A DNA stretch of 61,370 bases, counting the filler. It is 7 parts of 7 records of this genome, joined end to end, with 100 filler letters (N's around TTAATTAATTAA, not from the genome) between each part and the next. Parts side by side here need not be neighbours in the genome. Positions count along the whole stretch, not along the records: positions 43,230 to 53,679 come from SRR20825010_3447; positions 53,780 to 57,365 come from SRR20825010_3451; positions 57,466 to 61,370 come from SRR20825010_3456; 4 more parts are not named here. One strand, given 5' to 3'. The notes beneath the pieces were generated by a model. It saw only the letters and a program-made list of their open reading frames with translations, ran no database searches and was not told the DNA's origin. Shown here one piece after another: positions 50,153-58,794 of the stretch; within the stretch, counting starts at the first letter, position 1, and every line of letters begins with the position of its first letter. A program made the position numbers and the translations under genes.

Positions 50153-51532
50153 TCAATTATTGGTGTTGGTTGAAAGGTTTACCGTTTTTAGAACTTTGTT
50201 TTTTCTAAGATAATTTTGAATTATGTGTTGGGCATCTCTATTGTTACTCATCGGGTTGATGATAGCCTTTAGGATTTCAGGATTATTTATTTGATAATTT
50301 AAGTTATAAAACCCAAATCCTTTATAAACCCCATTTTCTATTAAAATAACAGAATGCTCCTCAATTTCACGACCTCTATCAATAATTAGCATGTTTTGGT
50401 TTTCATAACTTCGCTTTTCTAAAAAAGCAGTAACTCTATTATTGTACTCTTTAGGCGTTTCCTTTTCAATGCACGCGCCAGCACATTCTTTTATCGAATA
50501 ATTAAAACATGATTTTTTTGTAGAATAAAGTCCGGTAAGTTTCTGGCAAAGTTGATTTTCCTCTGTTATTTTGAAAAGCGATAATTTTGCTTGTTGATAA
50601 TTACTAAAGGTAATGATTGCTTTTTTTCTATCGTCTGCTTTTTCTATTTTTAAATTTATATATCCATTATTATCAATAAAAGAGGTTAGTTGATGCGTAT
50701 ACGTAGTGCGGCGAAGCGCTCTGTTAAATATGGGTTTGTTCTGTTTTATTTCTTCAGATTCCTTTAAAAGCGCAATTAATTCACTTCCAGTTTTTTCATA
50801 CGTAACCGATTTAACTTCCAGCTGGATTTTTTTTGATTTTCGGTTATCACTTGTAAAATGTTGCGTTACCCTTTTTTTGATATTCTTGCTTTTACCAATA
50901 TAAATTATATTTCCAGCCTCATTGTGCATATAATACACCCCAGTTTCTGAAGGAGCATTTTGAATTATATCAAGTAATTTTGGCTCTAATTGCCGCTTTG
51001 GGTCTTTACGAAGCGTCTCTGTTATTATTGCTTTTGAAGTATCTTTTGCTAAAAGCATTTTAAATAAAGCCACTGTAGCTTTTGCATCACCTTGTGCCCG
51101 ATGACGGTCACTTAGCGGGATTCCTAATGCACGAACTAACTTTCCTAAGCTATACGAAGGCATATCTGGAATTAGTTTTTTAGCTAATTCTACCGTGCAA
51201 AGCGTTTCCTTTTCAAAATTATAACCCAAACGGTCAAATTCTGTAGTTAGGATTCTATTGTCAAAAAGTGCGTTATGCGCTACAAGAATACAATCATCCG
51301 TAATTTCGATGATTCTCTTGGCAACTTCGTAAAATTTTGGTGCTTGCCGAAGCATTTCATTATTAATGCCCGTAAGGTTTACTACAAAAGGTTGAATGGG
51401 TTTTTCAGGATTTACTAAACTGGAAAATTGATCCACCACTTTATGGCCATCAAATTTATAAATCGCAATTTCCGTGATTCCTTCCTCATTGTACTTTCCA
51501 CCCGTAGTCTCTATGTCTAAAATTGCGTACAT
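50153..51532 (-). CDS. DEDDh exonuclease fused to a GIY-YIG (UvrC-like) domain
   Basis: DIETTG, AHNALFD, HRAQGDA; GVYYM...YIGKS. Confidence 0.9.
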   Translation of the reverse strand: MYAILDIETTGGKYNEEGITEIAIYKFDGHKVVDQFSSLVNPEKPIQPFVVNLTGINNEMLRQAPKFYEVAKRIIEITDDCILVAHNALFDNRILTTEFDRLGYNFEKETLCTVELAKKLIPDMPSYSLGKLVRALGIPLSDRHRAQGDAKATVALFKMLLAKDTSKAIITETLRKDPKRQLEPKLLDIIQNAPSETGVYYMHNEAGNIIYIGKSKNIKKRVTQHFTSDNRKSKKIQLEVKSVTYEKTGSELIALLKESEEIKQNKPIFNRALRRTTYTHQLTSFIDNNGYINLKIEKADDRKKAIITFSNYQQAKLSLFKITEENQLCQKLTGLYSTKKSCFNYSIKECAGACIEKETPKEYNNRVTAFLEKRSYENQNMLIIDRGREIEEHSVILIENGVYKGFGFYNLNYQINNPEILKAIINPMSNNRDAQHIIQNYLRKNKVLKTVNLSTNTNN

Positions 51533-51577
51533 TCTCCTTCTTAAGTATTCTCTATTTTTTTGTTGAATTAAGCGCTG

Positions 51578-52237
51578 TTAAATATAGTTGCGTTCTCCAA
51601 AAATTGCACTTCCCACACGTATCATTGTGCTTCCATTTTCAATGGCTAAAGCATAATCACCACTCATTCCGGTGCTTAAAATTCTAAACATAGGGTTCTG
51701 GGGTTTTAACTCGTTGTATATTTCTTTCAATTTCTGAAATTCTTCTGAAATTTGCACTTTATTATCGGTAAATGTTGCCATTCCCATTAATCCAACGACT
51801 TTTACGTTTTCAAGTTTTTTAAATTCTTCTGAAGCAAGAAGGTTTGAAGCATCTTCTTTTTCCATCCCAAATTTACTTTCTTCCTCAGCTATTTTTATTT
51901 GAAGCAAACACTCAATTGTTCGTTCATTTTTTAGTGCTTCTTTATTAATTTCCTTTAAAAGTTTAAAGCTATCTACAGCATGAATCAAACTTACAAAAGG
52001 AGCCATAAACTTTACTTTATTTCGCTGCACATGGCCAATCATATGCCATTGAATGTCTTTAGGCATCTCCTGCCATTTAGACTCCATTTCTTGTATTTTA
52101 TTTTCACCAAAAACACGTTGACCAGCATTATAGGCTTCCTTAATAGCTTCAACAGGCTTTGTTTTTGAAACTGCCACCAACGTAACATGTTCTGGCAATT
52201 CGCTATTTATTTTTTTTAAATTTTCAGAAATACGCAT
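51578..52237 (-). CDS. yggS: PLP homeostasis protein YggS/PLPBP
   Basis: LVAVSKTK, FGENKIQE, WHMIGHVQRNK, GMSGDY, RVGSAIFG; start at MRISEN. Confidence 0.93.
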   Translation of the reverse strand: MRISENLKKINSELPEHVTLVAVSKTKPVEAIKEAYNAGQRVFGENKIQEMESKWQEMPKDIQWHMIGHVQRNKVKFMAPFVSLIHAVDSFKLLKEINKEALKNERTIECLLQIKIAEEESKFGMEKEDASNLLASEEFKKLENVKVVGLMGMATFTDNKVQISEEFQKLKEIYNELKPQNPMFRILSTGMSGDYALAIENGSTMIRVGSAIFGERNYI

Positions 52238-52259
52238 TATTTGTTCTTTTTTCACACAA

Positions 52260-53498
52260 CTAAAATTCATAAACGGTGACACCGCTTCTCAATTTTGGTT
52301 CAATGTAAGTACTTTTAGGAGGCATTTTTAAACCTTCATCTGCAATCATTTTCATTTCACCTGTAGTTACTGGCAATAACCCAAAACCCACGGCAAAAGC
52401 TTTTGAGTCGACAACAGTTTTTACATAAGCCAAGTCTTTTTTTCCATGAGAATACTCAATTCGTTGATCGTTTCTTAAATCTTCAATGCCTAGCAACGGT
52501 TTTAAAATAGTTGTATATAAAATTTGAGTATCTAAAGCGTCAAGCGCATTATTGATTTCATATTTGCCTTTTCGAAGGTATAGTGAATAAAATTCACCAT
52601 CCAAATACATGCTAAAATGATGCTTTTTGGAAGGTTTGTAGTATTCCATTCCACGGTTTTCTATTCGGAAATATTCGTCCAGCTTTATTAAAAACTCTTC
52701 TTTCTTCAAACCATTTAAGTCTTTCACCAAACGGTTGAATTCATAAATTTTCAAATCACTTTCTGGAATTAGATAACTCATAAAATAATTATAAGCCTCG
52801 TTGCCAGTATGCTGCGGGTTTTCACCTTTTAAATCGTTTGCTAATAACGAAGAAGATGCGGAGCGGTGATGCCCATCGGCAATATAAAGGGCGGGAATTT
52901 CATTATATATATCTTGAATTTTTTTCAGAAGTGCTTCGTCATCAACTTTCCAAACATAATGGGTGTCGCGATAGGTTGTAGTAAATTCATACTCTGCACG
53001 ACTTTCCATCACAAAATCTATGATGTGTTCTAATTCGTTATTATCTGGATAGGTTAGGAGTACAGCTTCCGCGTTGAAACCCACTGTTTTAAGGTATTCT
53101 TTAAAGATAATTTCACGAAACTCTAAAGTGTCTTCGTGTTTTTTAATTATATCTTTCTCGTAATCCTGAGTGCTTGCCGCTGCTACAATACCTTTGAATT
53201 CAAGACCATCACGATTTACAATTTTATAGATGTAAAACGAAGGTTTTTCATCCTGAATAAAAATTTCATCCTCCTTAAATTCCTGATACCGATTGCGAAC
53301 AAGTCCGTAACGTTCTTCTCCTGAAATTTCTTTTTGGTATTTATACCCAGGGTTTACAATGTGTAAAAATGAAAAGGGATTGTCCCGCAACCTAGACTCC
53401 ACCTGCGCGGCGGTGTAACTATCATACGAGCGCGCTGCGAGTAAACTCACTTTATCTCGCGTTGGGCGCACTGCTTTAAATGGGATGATTTTGGCCAT
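52260..53498 (-). CDS. DUF1015 family protein
   Basis: IKKHEDT, YIADGHHR, MPPKSTYIEPKLRSG. Confidence 0.88.
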   Translation of the reverse strand: MAKIIPFKAVRPTRDKVSLLAARSYDSYTAAQVESRLRDNPFSFLHIVNPGYKYQKEISGEERYGLVRNRYQEFKEDEIFIQDEKPSFYIYKIVNRDGLEFKGIVAAASTQDYEKDIIKKHEDTLEFREIIFKEYLKTVGFNAEAVLLTYPDNNELEHIIDFVMESRAEYEFTTTYRDTHYVWKVDDEALLKKIQDIYNEIPALYIADGHHRSASSSLLANDLKGENPQHTGNEAYNYFMSYLIPESDLKIYEFNRLVKDLNGLKKEEFLIKLDEYFRIENRGMEYYKPSKKHHFSMYLDGEFYSLYLRKGKYEINNALDALDTQILYTTILKPLLGIEDLRNDQRIEYSHGKKDLAYVKTVVDSKAFAVGFGLLPVTTGEMKMIADEGLKMPPKSTYIEPKLRSGVTVYEF

Positions 53499-53560
53499 TA
53501 ATTTAATGTTCAGTATTGCGGGGTCAGCGTACTGTTTAAGTTGGCAATTTGCCTATAAAA

Positions 53561-53679
53561 TTATTTTGAAAACATTTTTGAAACGTCTTCTGCTTTTCGG
53601 TTTTGACTGTAATCATAAAATCCTTCACCGCTTTTAGCGCCAAGTTTTCCAGCCATAACCATGTTGACCAATAAAGGAC
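53561..53679 (-). CDS. 3' end of 3-hydroxybutyryl-CoA dehydrogenase
   Basis: hand translation PLLVNMVMAGKLGAKSGEGFYDY... Confidence 0.8.
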
Positions 53680-53779
53680 NNNNNNNNNNNNNNNNNNNNN
53701 NNNNNNNNNNNNNNNNNNNNNNNTTAATTAATTAANNNNNNNNNNNNNNNNNNNNNNNNNNNNNNNNNNNNNNNNNNNN
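53680..53779. other. artificial contig linker
   Basis: N44-TTAATTAATTAA-N44. Confidence 0.99.
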
Positions 53780-54371
53780 GGGCATAAACAGACAAGCAGT
53801 TTTGGGTTGGGCATCAGATGCAAGCGAACAGGAACTGAATAGACTTTATGATGCAAAAGTTTTTAATACAAATGCGTCGTTTATGTTATACACCTTAAAA
53901 GGAGCAAATCAGCTTGTGATACAAGGGATCAATGAATCGAAAGATGCGATAGCACTTGGGATGAATATCAGAGAAACTGGAACTCACACATTAAGCCTTG
54001 ACAATTCAGCTTTTGCAGGTCGCAACTTGTTTCTATTGGACAGGCTGACCAATAAGGTAATTGATCTTTCTAATGGGAGTTACAGTTTTTCTGCAACTCA
54101 GGGAAGCGTTGGTGACCGATTTACTTTAATGACTTCTGCTTCTGCAGTTCTTGCAAATGATGCCATAGAAGGATCTATTTATGTATTCAATAATGTGCTC
54201 CACTTGAATCAGGCCGATCTTTCATCTGAATATCGCATTTACAATTTGTCTGGAAAATTCATGCAAAGCATACAGCCAGAAGGAAAACAGCAAATCAGCC
54301 TGGATAATCTGAAGTCTGGGTTATACGTCATATCTGACGGCCAAGTTTCCAAAAAATTCATCATCAAGTAA
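53780..54371 (+). CDS. 3' part of a T9SS type A sorting domain protein
   Basis: frame open from the contig edge; LFLLDRLT..IDL...YSF...DRF module then IYNLSGK, LKSGLYVI, KKFIIK-stop. Confidence 0.85.
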
Positions 54372-54390
54372 TCTGAATAAATAGAAAATC

Positions 54391-54576
54391 ATGAAAAATA
54401 ATATATATAAAATCGCACTTCTCTTACCCGCACTTTTATTGTTTGTCGTTCCGGCCATGGCCCAAGGACCAGGAGCACCTCCCGCAACTCCAATTGATGG
54501 TGGACTTAGTCTACTACTTGCGGCTGGTGGCGCATATGGTATAAAAAAGATAAGAGATAACAGAAAATCAAAGTAA
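54391..54576 (+). CDS. 61-aa PID-CTERM-type sorting-signal micro-protein
   Basis: signal peptide to AMA/Q, QGPGAPPAT, then PIDGG + hydrophobic LSLLLAAGGAYGI + basic KKIRDNRKSK. Confidence 0.85.
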   Translation: MKNNIYKIALLLPALLLFVVPAMAQGPGAPPATPIDGGLSLLLAAGGAYGIKKIRDNRKSK

Positions 54577-54600
54577 GAAGGCCTATTGGCATTTACGATA

Positions 54601-54631
54601 CAAAAAGAGGGGCTCGAAGGCCCCTCTTTTG
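54601..54631 (+). terminator. intrinsic terminator closing the cargo + micro-protein unit
   Basis: AAAAGAGGGGC-TCGAAG-GCCCCTCTTTT. Confidence 0.85.
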
Positions 54632-54859
54632 TTTATTACAAATGCTTGAATGATGTGATTTCAAGAGGGTTGACTCTTGACGAAACACGGATGCCCAGTA
54701 TAGCGATTTCTATAAAATGCTCAGGTGGGTGCAGGATGTTATCTGATTTCAAATCGGTTAACATTAAAGCCAGAAATTGAACCACATAGTCACAGTTTTT
54801 TGATGACGGAATGTGGCATCATTACTTTTTTAGATCTATTAAAATTTAACAAATACCTT

Positions 54860-57247
54860 ATGAGGAACATTTATCACTTGCAGCGAATTTTTCTGGTTTG
54901 TTTTTTCATCCTGATTGTAGCGGGATCCGTATCGGCACAAACACCTCTGTTTTATTACGATTTTGAGGGAGCTGCTGATGCCACCGTTCCTGATGTTTTT
55001 GGAACCAGTGCAGCAACATTAACTACAGCAACAGGTGGGACTGATTTCAGTTATCTCGCAGATCCTTCTGGTGTTCGATCGGGAGTGGTCTTGAATGCCC
55101 CTGATAACAACTTTACTACAAGTGATGTCAGCTTTGTTGGGTCGGACGCATTCACGGCCTTAGACCTTAATACAACCGATTTCACCTTAGCCATGTGGTT
55201 AAGGCCTACAGCCGCGTCCAACAATGCTCCTTTGAGAATCCTCGCGACTGCTCAAGGCAATATCAACAAATCCCTTCTCCAAATACGAAATGTGAATGAA
55301 GAATGGTTTATGGAGTTTGCTGCCTACGAAGAAGCGGGAGGAGCGAGGGTTCACACAAGAGAAGTTGCCATGGTTTTTGACACATGGCAGCATATAGCAG
55401 TAGTAGTATCCAATGGCGCTGTTCCTCCTAAATTTTATATCAATGGGGTAGAAATAGCTACTGAAATTGTAGTGGCCGCTGGCAATACGCCAGCCACTTA
55501 TATCTCAGCCATGACAGCTATTAAGTTTGTACATTCTAATATAGCCGCACCTGCTGGAGCCGCACAAACATTTGTTGGTCAAATGGATGATATAGCCACA
55601 TTTACAACGGCGCTTACTGCTGAACAGATAATACATTTAAAAGATTTTGGAGCTCAAAGTTTAGTCAATCCTGTGGAATCCATCACCTTGAGCACAACCT
55701 CAGGACAGAGCGTGGATACAGGTAATACCTTGCAAATCAATGCTGAGATACTGCCAGCCACTGCATTTAACAAAGCGATTAATTACGTCTTGGAAACCAC
55801 TACCGAGGGAACGACTATAACCACAGAAGGACTACTTACAGCCGGCGCAGTGGGAACTGTTGTGGTAAGGGCGGAAGTCGCAGATGGAAGTGGGGTAATT
55901 GGTACGTACGAAGTGTTTATTGCCGATTCAGGTGCTGTGAGCGTTACGGGAATTACGGTCAGCTCTGCTTCGCAGGACAATACGGTGACCATTGGAAATA
56001 CGTTACAAATGGCAGTTGAAATAGCGCCATCAGATGCCAGTGCGAAGACCGTAACATGGACGGTAGTCGATGGCACAGGTTCTGCTACGATCAGTGCTGA
56101 AGGTATATTAAGTCCGGTAACCGCTGGTACCGTCACGGTGACTGCTAGCGCCAATGATGGTAGCGGTGTGACGGGTGATCTACTGGTAACAATCAATGTT
56201 GTTTCTGTTACAGGTATTACCGTTTCATCCTCATCGAATGATAATACTGTTGTACTGGGAAGCACGCTGCAAATGAGCGCGGTGATTGCACCAGAAAATG
56301 CTTCTGACAAGTCCGTCACCTGGACAGTCGCAGCAGGGACTGGTTCTGCTACGATTGATGAAAATGGCATTCTAACTTCTTTGTCTGCTGGAACAGTCAC
56401 TGTCACAGCAACGGCGAAGGATGGAAGCGGAGTAAGTGAGGATTTAATCGTGACAATCAATACGGTTCCAGTCTCAGAAATAGTCGTTTCCTCTTCCTCA
56501 CAAACGAACGATGTTTTGATTGATGCTACGCTGCAAATGAGTGCTGCCGTTAATCCGATTGAAGCAACTGTAAAGACTGTGACATGGTCAGTCGCCGATG
56601 GTACAGGCTCTGCGACTGTCAGCCCGGAAGGGTTGCTTACTGCGGTCACCTTAGGATCAGTCACAGTTACTGCCACAGCAGATGATGGCAGTGGTGTTAC
56701 GGGTACTCTGGAGGTTACAATCAAGCCGATTTTGGTTTCAGCCATTACTGTTGCTTCAGCAAATAGTAACAATGAGGTGGATGAAGCAGGCACGCTGCAA
56801 ATGACCGCAGCGGTTACGCCAACCAACGCCACACTGAATGCTGTTAGCTGGTCAGTCACCAATGGGAGTGGGGCTGCAACTATCAGTTCTGACGGCCTAT
56901 TAACCGCTACTGCAGCTGGTACAGTCACCGTGATCGCAACCGCTGACGATACCAGTGGAGTTACAGGAGAACTGGCAGTGACGATCAATGTGGTGGAAGT
57001 TGCCTTATCATTGACCAATCCTTCTACCATTGATTTTCAATTATATCCAAATCCTGTAAGCGAGGTGCTTTCGATAGTAGCTAGTGGACACTTCAGCTAT
57101 GAGATTTTGAATGCTGGTGGTGCAATGGTTCTCCGAGGGTATGCCACCGACAAAATATCAATGAAAACCAACTTCACTTCCGGTATTTATGTAGTGAGAG
57201 TGACAACAAACCAAAAGACGCAAATAAGGCGATTAATTGTAAGGTAG
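54860..57247 (+). CDS. T9SS-secreted protein: LamG-like domain, five Big_2 Ig-like repeats, type A CTD
   Basis: signal peptide [31 protein letters not shown]; repeats TLQM...VTW...GTVTVTA...DGSGV; YPNP...GIYVV...RRLIVR; start at MRNIYH. Confidence 0.88.
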   Translation: MRNIYHLQRIFLVCFFILIVAGSVSAQTPLFYYDFEGAADATVPDVFGTSAATLTTATGGTDFSYLADPSGVRSGVVLNAPDNNFTTSDVSFVGSDAFTALDLNTTDFTLAMWLRPTAASNNAPLRILATAQGNINKSLLQIRNVNEEWFMEFAAYEEAGGARVHTREVAMVFDTWQHIAVVVSNGAVPPKFYINGVEIATEIVVAAGNTPATYISAMTAIKFVHSNIAAPAGAAQTFVGQMDDIATFTTALTAEQIIHLKDFGAQSLVNPVESITLSTTSGQSVDTGNTLQINAEILPATAFNKAINYVLETTTEGTTITTEGLLTAGAVGTVVVRAEVADGSGVIGTYEVFIADSGAVSVTGITVSSASQDNTVTIGNTLQMAVEIAPSDASAKTVTWTVVDGTGSATISAEGILSPVTAGTVTVTASANDGSGVTGDLLVTINVVSVTGITVSSSSNDNTVVLGSTLQMSAVIAPENASDKSVTWTVAAGTGSATIDENGILTSLSAGTVTVTATAKDGSGVSEDLIVTINTVPVSEIVVSSSSQTNDVLIDATLQMSAAVNPIEATVKTVTWSVADGTGSATVSPEGLLTAVTLGSVTVTATADDGSGVTGTLEVTIKPILVSAITVASANSNNEVDEAGTLQMTAAVTPTNATLNAVSWSVTNGSGAATISSDGLLTATAAGTVTVIATADDTSGVTGELAVTINVVEVALSLTNPSTIDFQLYPNPVSEVLSIVASGHFSYEILNAGGAMVLRGYATDKISMKTNFTSGIYVVRVTTNQKTQIRRLIVR
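55670..56996 (+). repeat. five tandem Big_2-type coding repeats of about 88 aa
   Basis: visible in translation; repeats 2-5 more alike than repeat 1. Confidence 0.85.
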
Positions 57248-57276
57248 CTTCAACCAGCTATTGATTTGTTGGTTTT

Positions 57277-57308
57277 GAGGGTAGCCCATTTATTGGCTAC
57301 CCTTTTTT
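57277..57308 (+). terminator. intrinsic terminator
   Basis: GAGGGTAGCC-CATTTATT-GGCTACCC followed by T6. Confidence 0.8.
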
Positions 57309-57365
57309 AGTATATGCTGAGCAAACCGTAAACGAATAGGAAACTTACTCCATGTTGGTACAGGA

Positions 57366-57465
57366 NNNNNNNNNNNNNNNNNNNNNNNNNNNNNNNNNNN
57401 NNNNNNNNNTTAATTAATTAANNNNNNNNNNNNNNNNNNNNNNNNNNNNNNNNNNNNNNNNNNNN
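57366..57465. other. artificial contig linker
   Basis: N44-TTAATTAATTAA-N44. Confidence 0.99.
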
Positions 57466-57593
57466 TCGTGACGCAAGGCGCGTTCAACAGCATCCTGGAC
57501 AAGGTCGTCCGCGCTTTCTGCGGGCCCGCAGATCGAGCGCGCATAGGCGCGTAGCTCTGGAAGAAGCAGTTCGATCTGCGAAATGTCGCCCAT
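57466..57593 (-). CDS. 5' end of an ECF sigma factor
   Basis: MGDISQIELLLPELRAYARSICGPAESADDLVQDAVERAL (sigma region 2). Confidence 0.8.
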
Positions 57594-57716
57594 TTTCTGC
57601 TGGCCGCGTTCCCCTGATCTCCGGGTCCGTTCGCGGCGTGGAATGAGTGTCGCGATCCGAAGGTGTCTTCTTTGCAAACTAAACCCGTGCTTCTGTATGT
57701 GGCAAGGTGAGGTGGG

Positions 57717-57773
57717 TTGACAGGGTGGTGAATATTATGAAACGATCCAAACATAATGTTTCTATCGTAACAT
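57717..57773 (+). promoter_or_regulatory. deoC promoter region with DeoR-like operator(s)
   Basis: TTGACA 57717-57722; ATGTT-TCTATCGT-AACAT 57756-57773 and a weaker copy ATGAAACGATCCAAACAT 57737-57754. Confidence 0.55.
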
Positions 57774-57823
57774 ATTGATCGGGTGCCCGCTCTGCGGGTG
57801 ATTCCGAAACCACGGACGCTGCA

Positions 57824-58783
57824 ATGATCGACGCTCTTGCCCGAAATACCGGCACGCAACTCAAACCCGAATGGTTCGAGGACGTGTCCGTCAACCGCAC
57901 GGCGGCCGAACGCCGGGCGGGCACTCTGGCCGCGCGACGGTCGGTCAAGAAAGCCTATCAGGCGGCATGGCTTGTAAAGGCCATCACCTGTATCGACCTC
58001 ACCACGCTTGCCGGCGATGACACGCCGGGCCGTGTTCGCCGGCTCTGCGCCAAGGCGCAGCGCCCTGTGCGCGAGGATATTCTTGAAGCTCTGGGCCTTG
58101 CCGATGCCGGCATCACGACCGGCGCCGTCTGTGTCTATCCGACCATGGTCGGCCATGCGGTCAAGGCGCTGGAAGGCAGCAACATTCCCGTTGCATCGGT
58201 GGCAACCGGGTTTCCCGCCGGTCTCATGCCACTGCCGCTGCGGCTTGCCGAAATCCGCTATGCGGTGGAAGAGGGTGCGCATGAGATCGACATCGTGATC
58301 ACGCGGGAGCACGTGCTAACCCAGAACTGGAGCGCGCTTTATGACGAGATTGCCGCCATGCGCGAGGCCTGTGGCGCGGCGCATATGAAGGCCATTCTGG
58401 CGACCGGCGATCTGAGTACGCTCACCAATGTCTACCGCGCTTCGATGGTCGCCATGCAGGCGGGATCGGATTTCATCAAGACGTCGACCGGCAAGGAAGG
58501 CGTGAACGCCACACTGCCGGTGAGCCTGACCATGGTGCGGGCGCTGCGCGACTATCGCGAATATTCGGGTCAGATCGTCGGGTTCAAGCCGGCGGGCGGC
58601 CTCAAGACGGCCAAGGATGCTCTCGCCTGGCTCACGCTCATGAAAGAGGAATTGGGCAATCGCTGGCTGGAGCCGGACCTGTTCCGCATCGGCGCGAGCT
58701 CGCTTCTGGGCGACATCGAAAGGCAATTGGAGCACTTCGTGACCGGCCGCTATTCAAGCGCCAACCGTCACGCGGTCGCATGA
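57824..58783 (+). CDS. deoC: deoxyribose-phosphate aldolase (long form)
   Basis: IDLTTL, AVCVYP, VATGFP, EIDIVI, DFIKTSTGK, GFKPAGG, FRIGASSLL. Confidence 0.95.
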   Translation: MIDALARNTGTQLKPEWFEDVSVNRTAAERRAGTLAARRSVKKAYQAAWLVKAITCIDLTTLAGDDTPGRVRRLCAKAQRPVREDILEALGLADAGITTGAVCVYPTMVGHAVKALEGSNIPVASVATGFPAGLMPLPLRLAEIRYAVEEGAHEIDIVITREHVLTQNWSALYDEIAAMREACGAAHMKAILATGDLSTLTNVYRASMVAMQAGSDFIKTSTGKEGVNATLPVSLTMVRALRDYREYSGQIVGFKPAGGLKTAKDALAWLTLMKEELGNRWLEPDLFRIGASSLLGDIERQLEHFVTGRYSSANRHAVA

Positions 58784-58794
58784 GGATCAAAGAC

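Noticed and set aside
50153-51532. Exonuclease-GIY-YIG fusion as a mobile or defence nuclease
   Set aside because: Sits in a housekeeping run with miaA and yggS and matches a common Bacteroidota repair-type architecture
54645-54680. Overlapping hairpins CTTGAA/TTCAAG and TCAAGAG/CTCTTGA as a riboswitch or sRNA
   Set aside because: Short stems in AT-rich DNA with no recognisable aptamer
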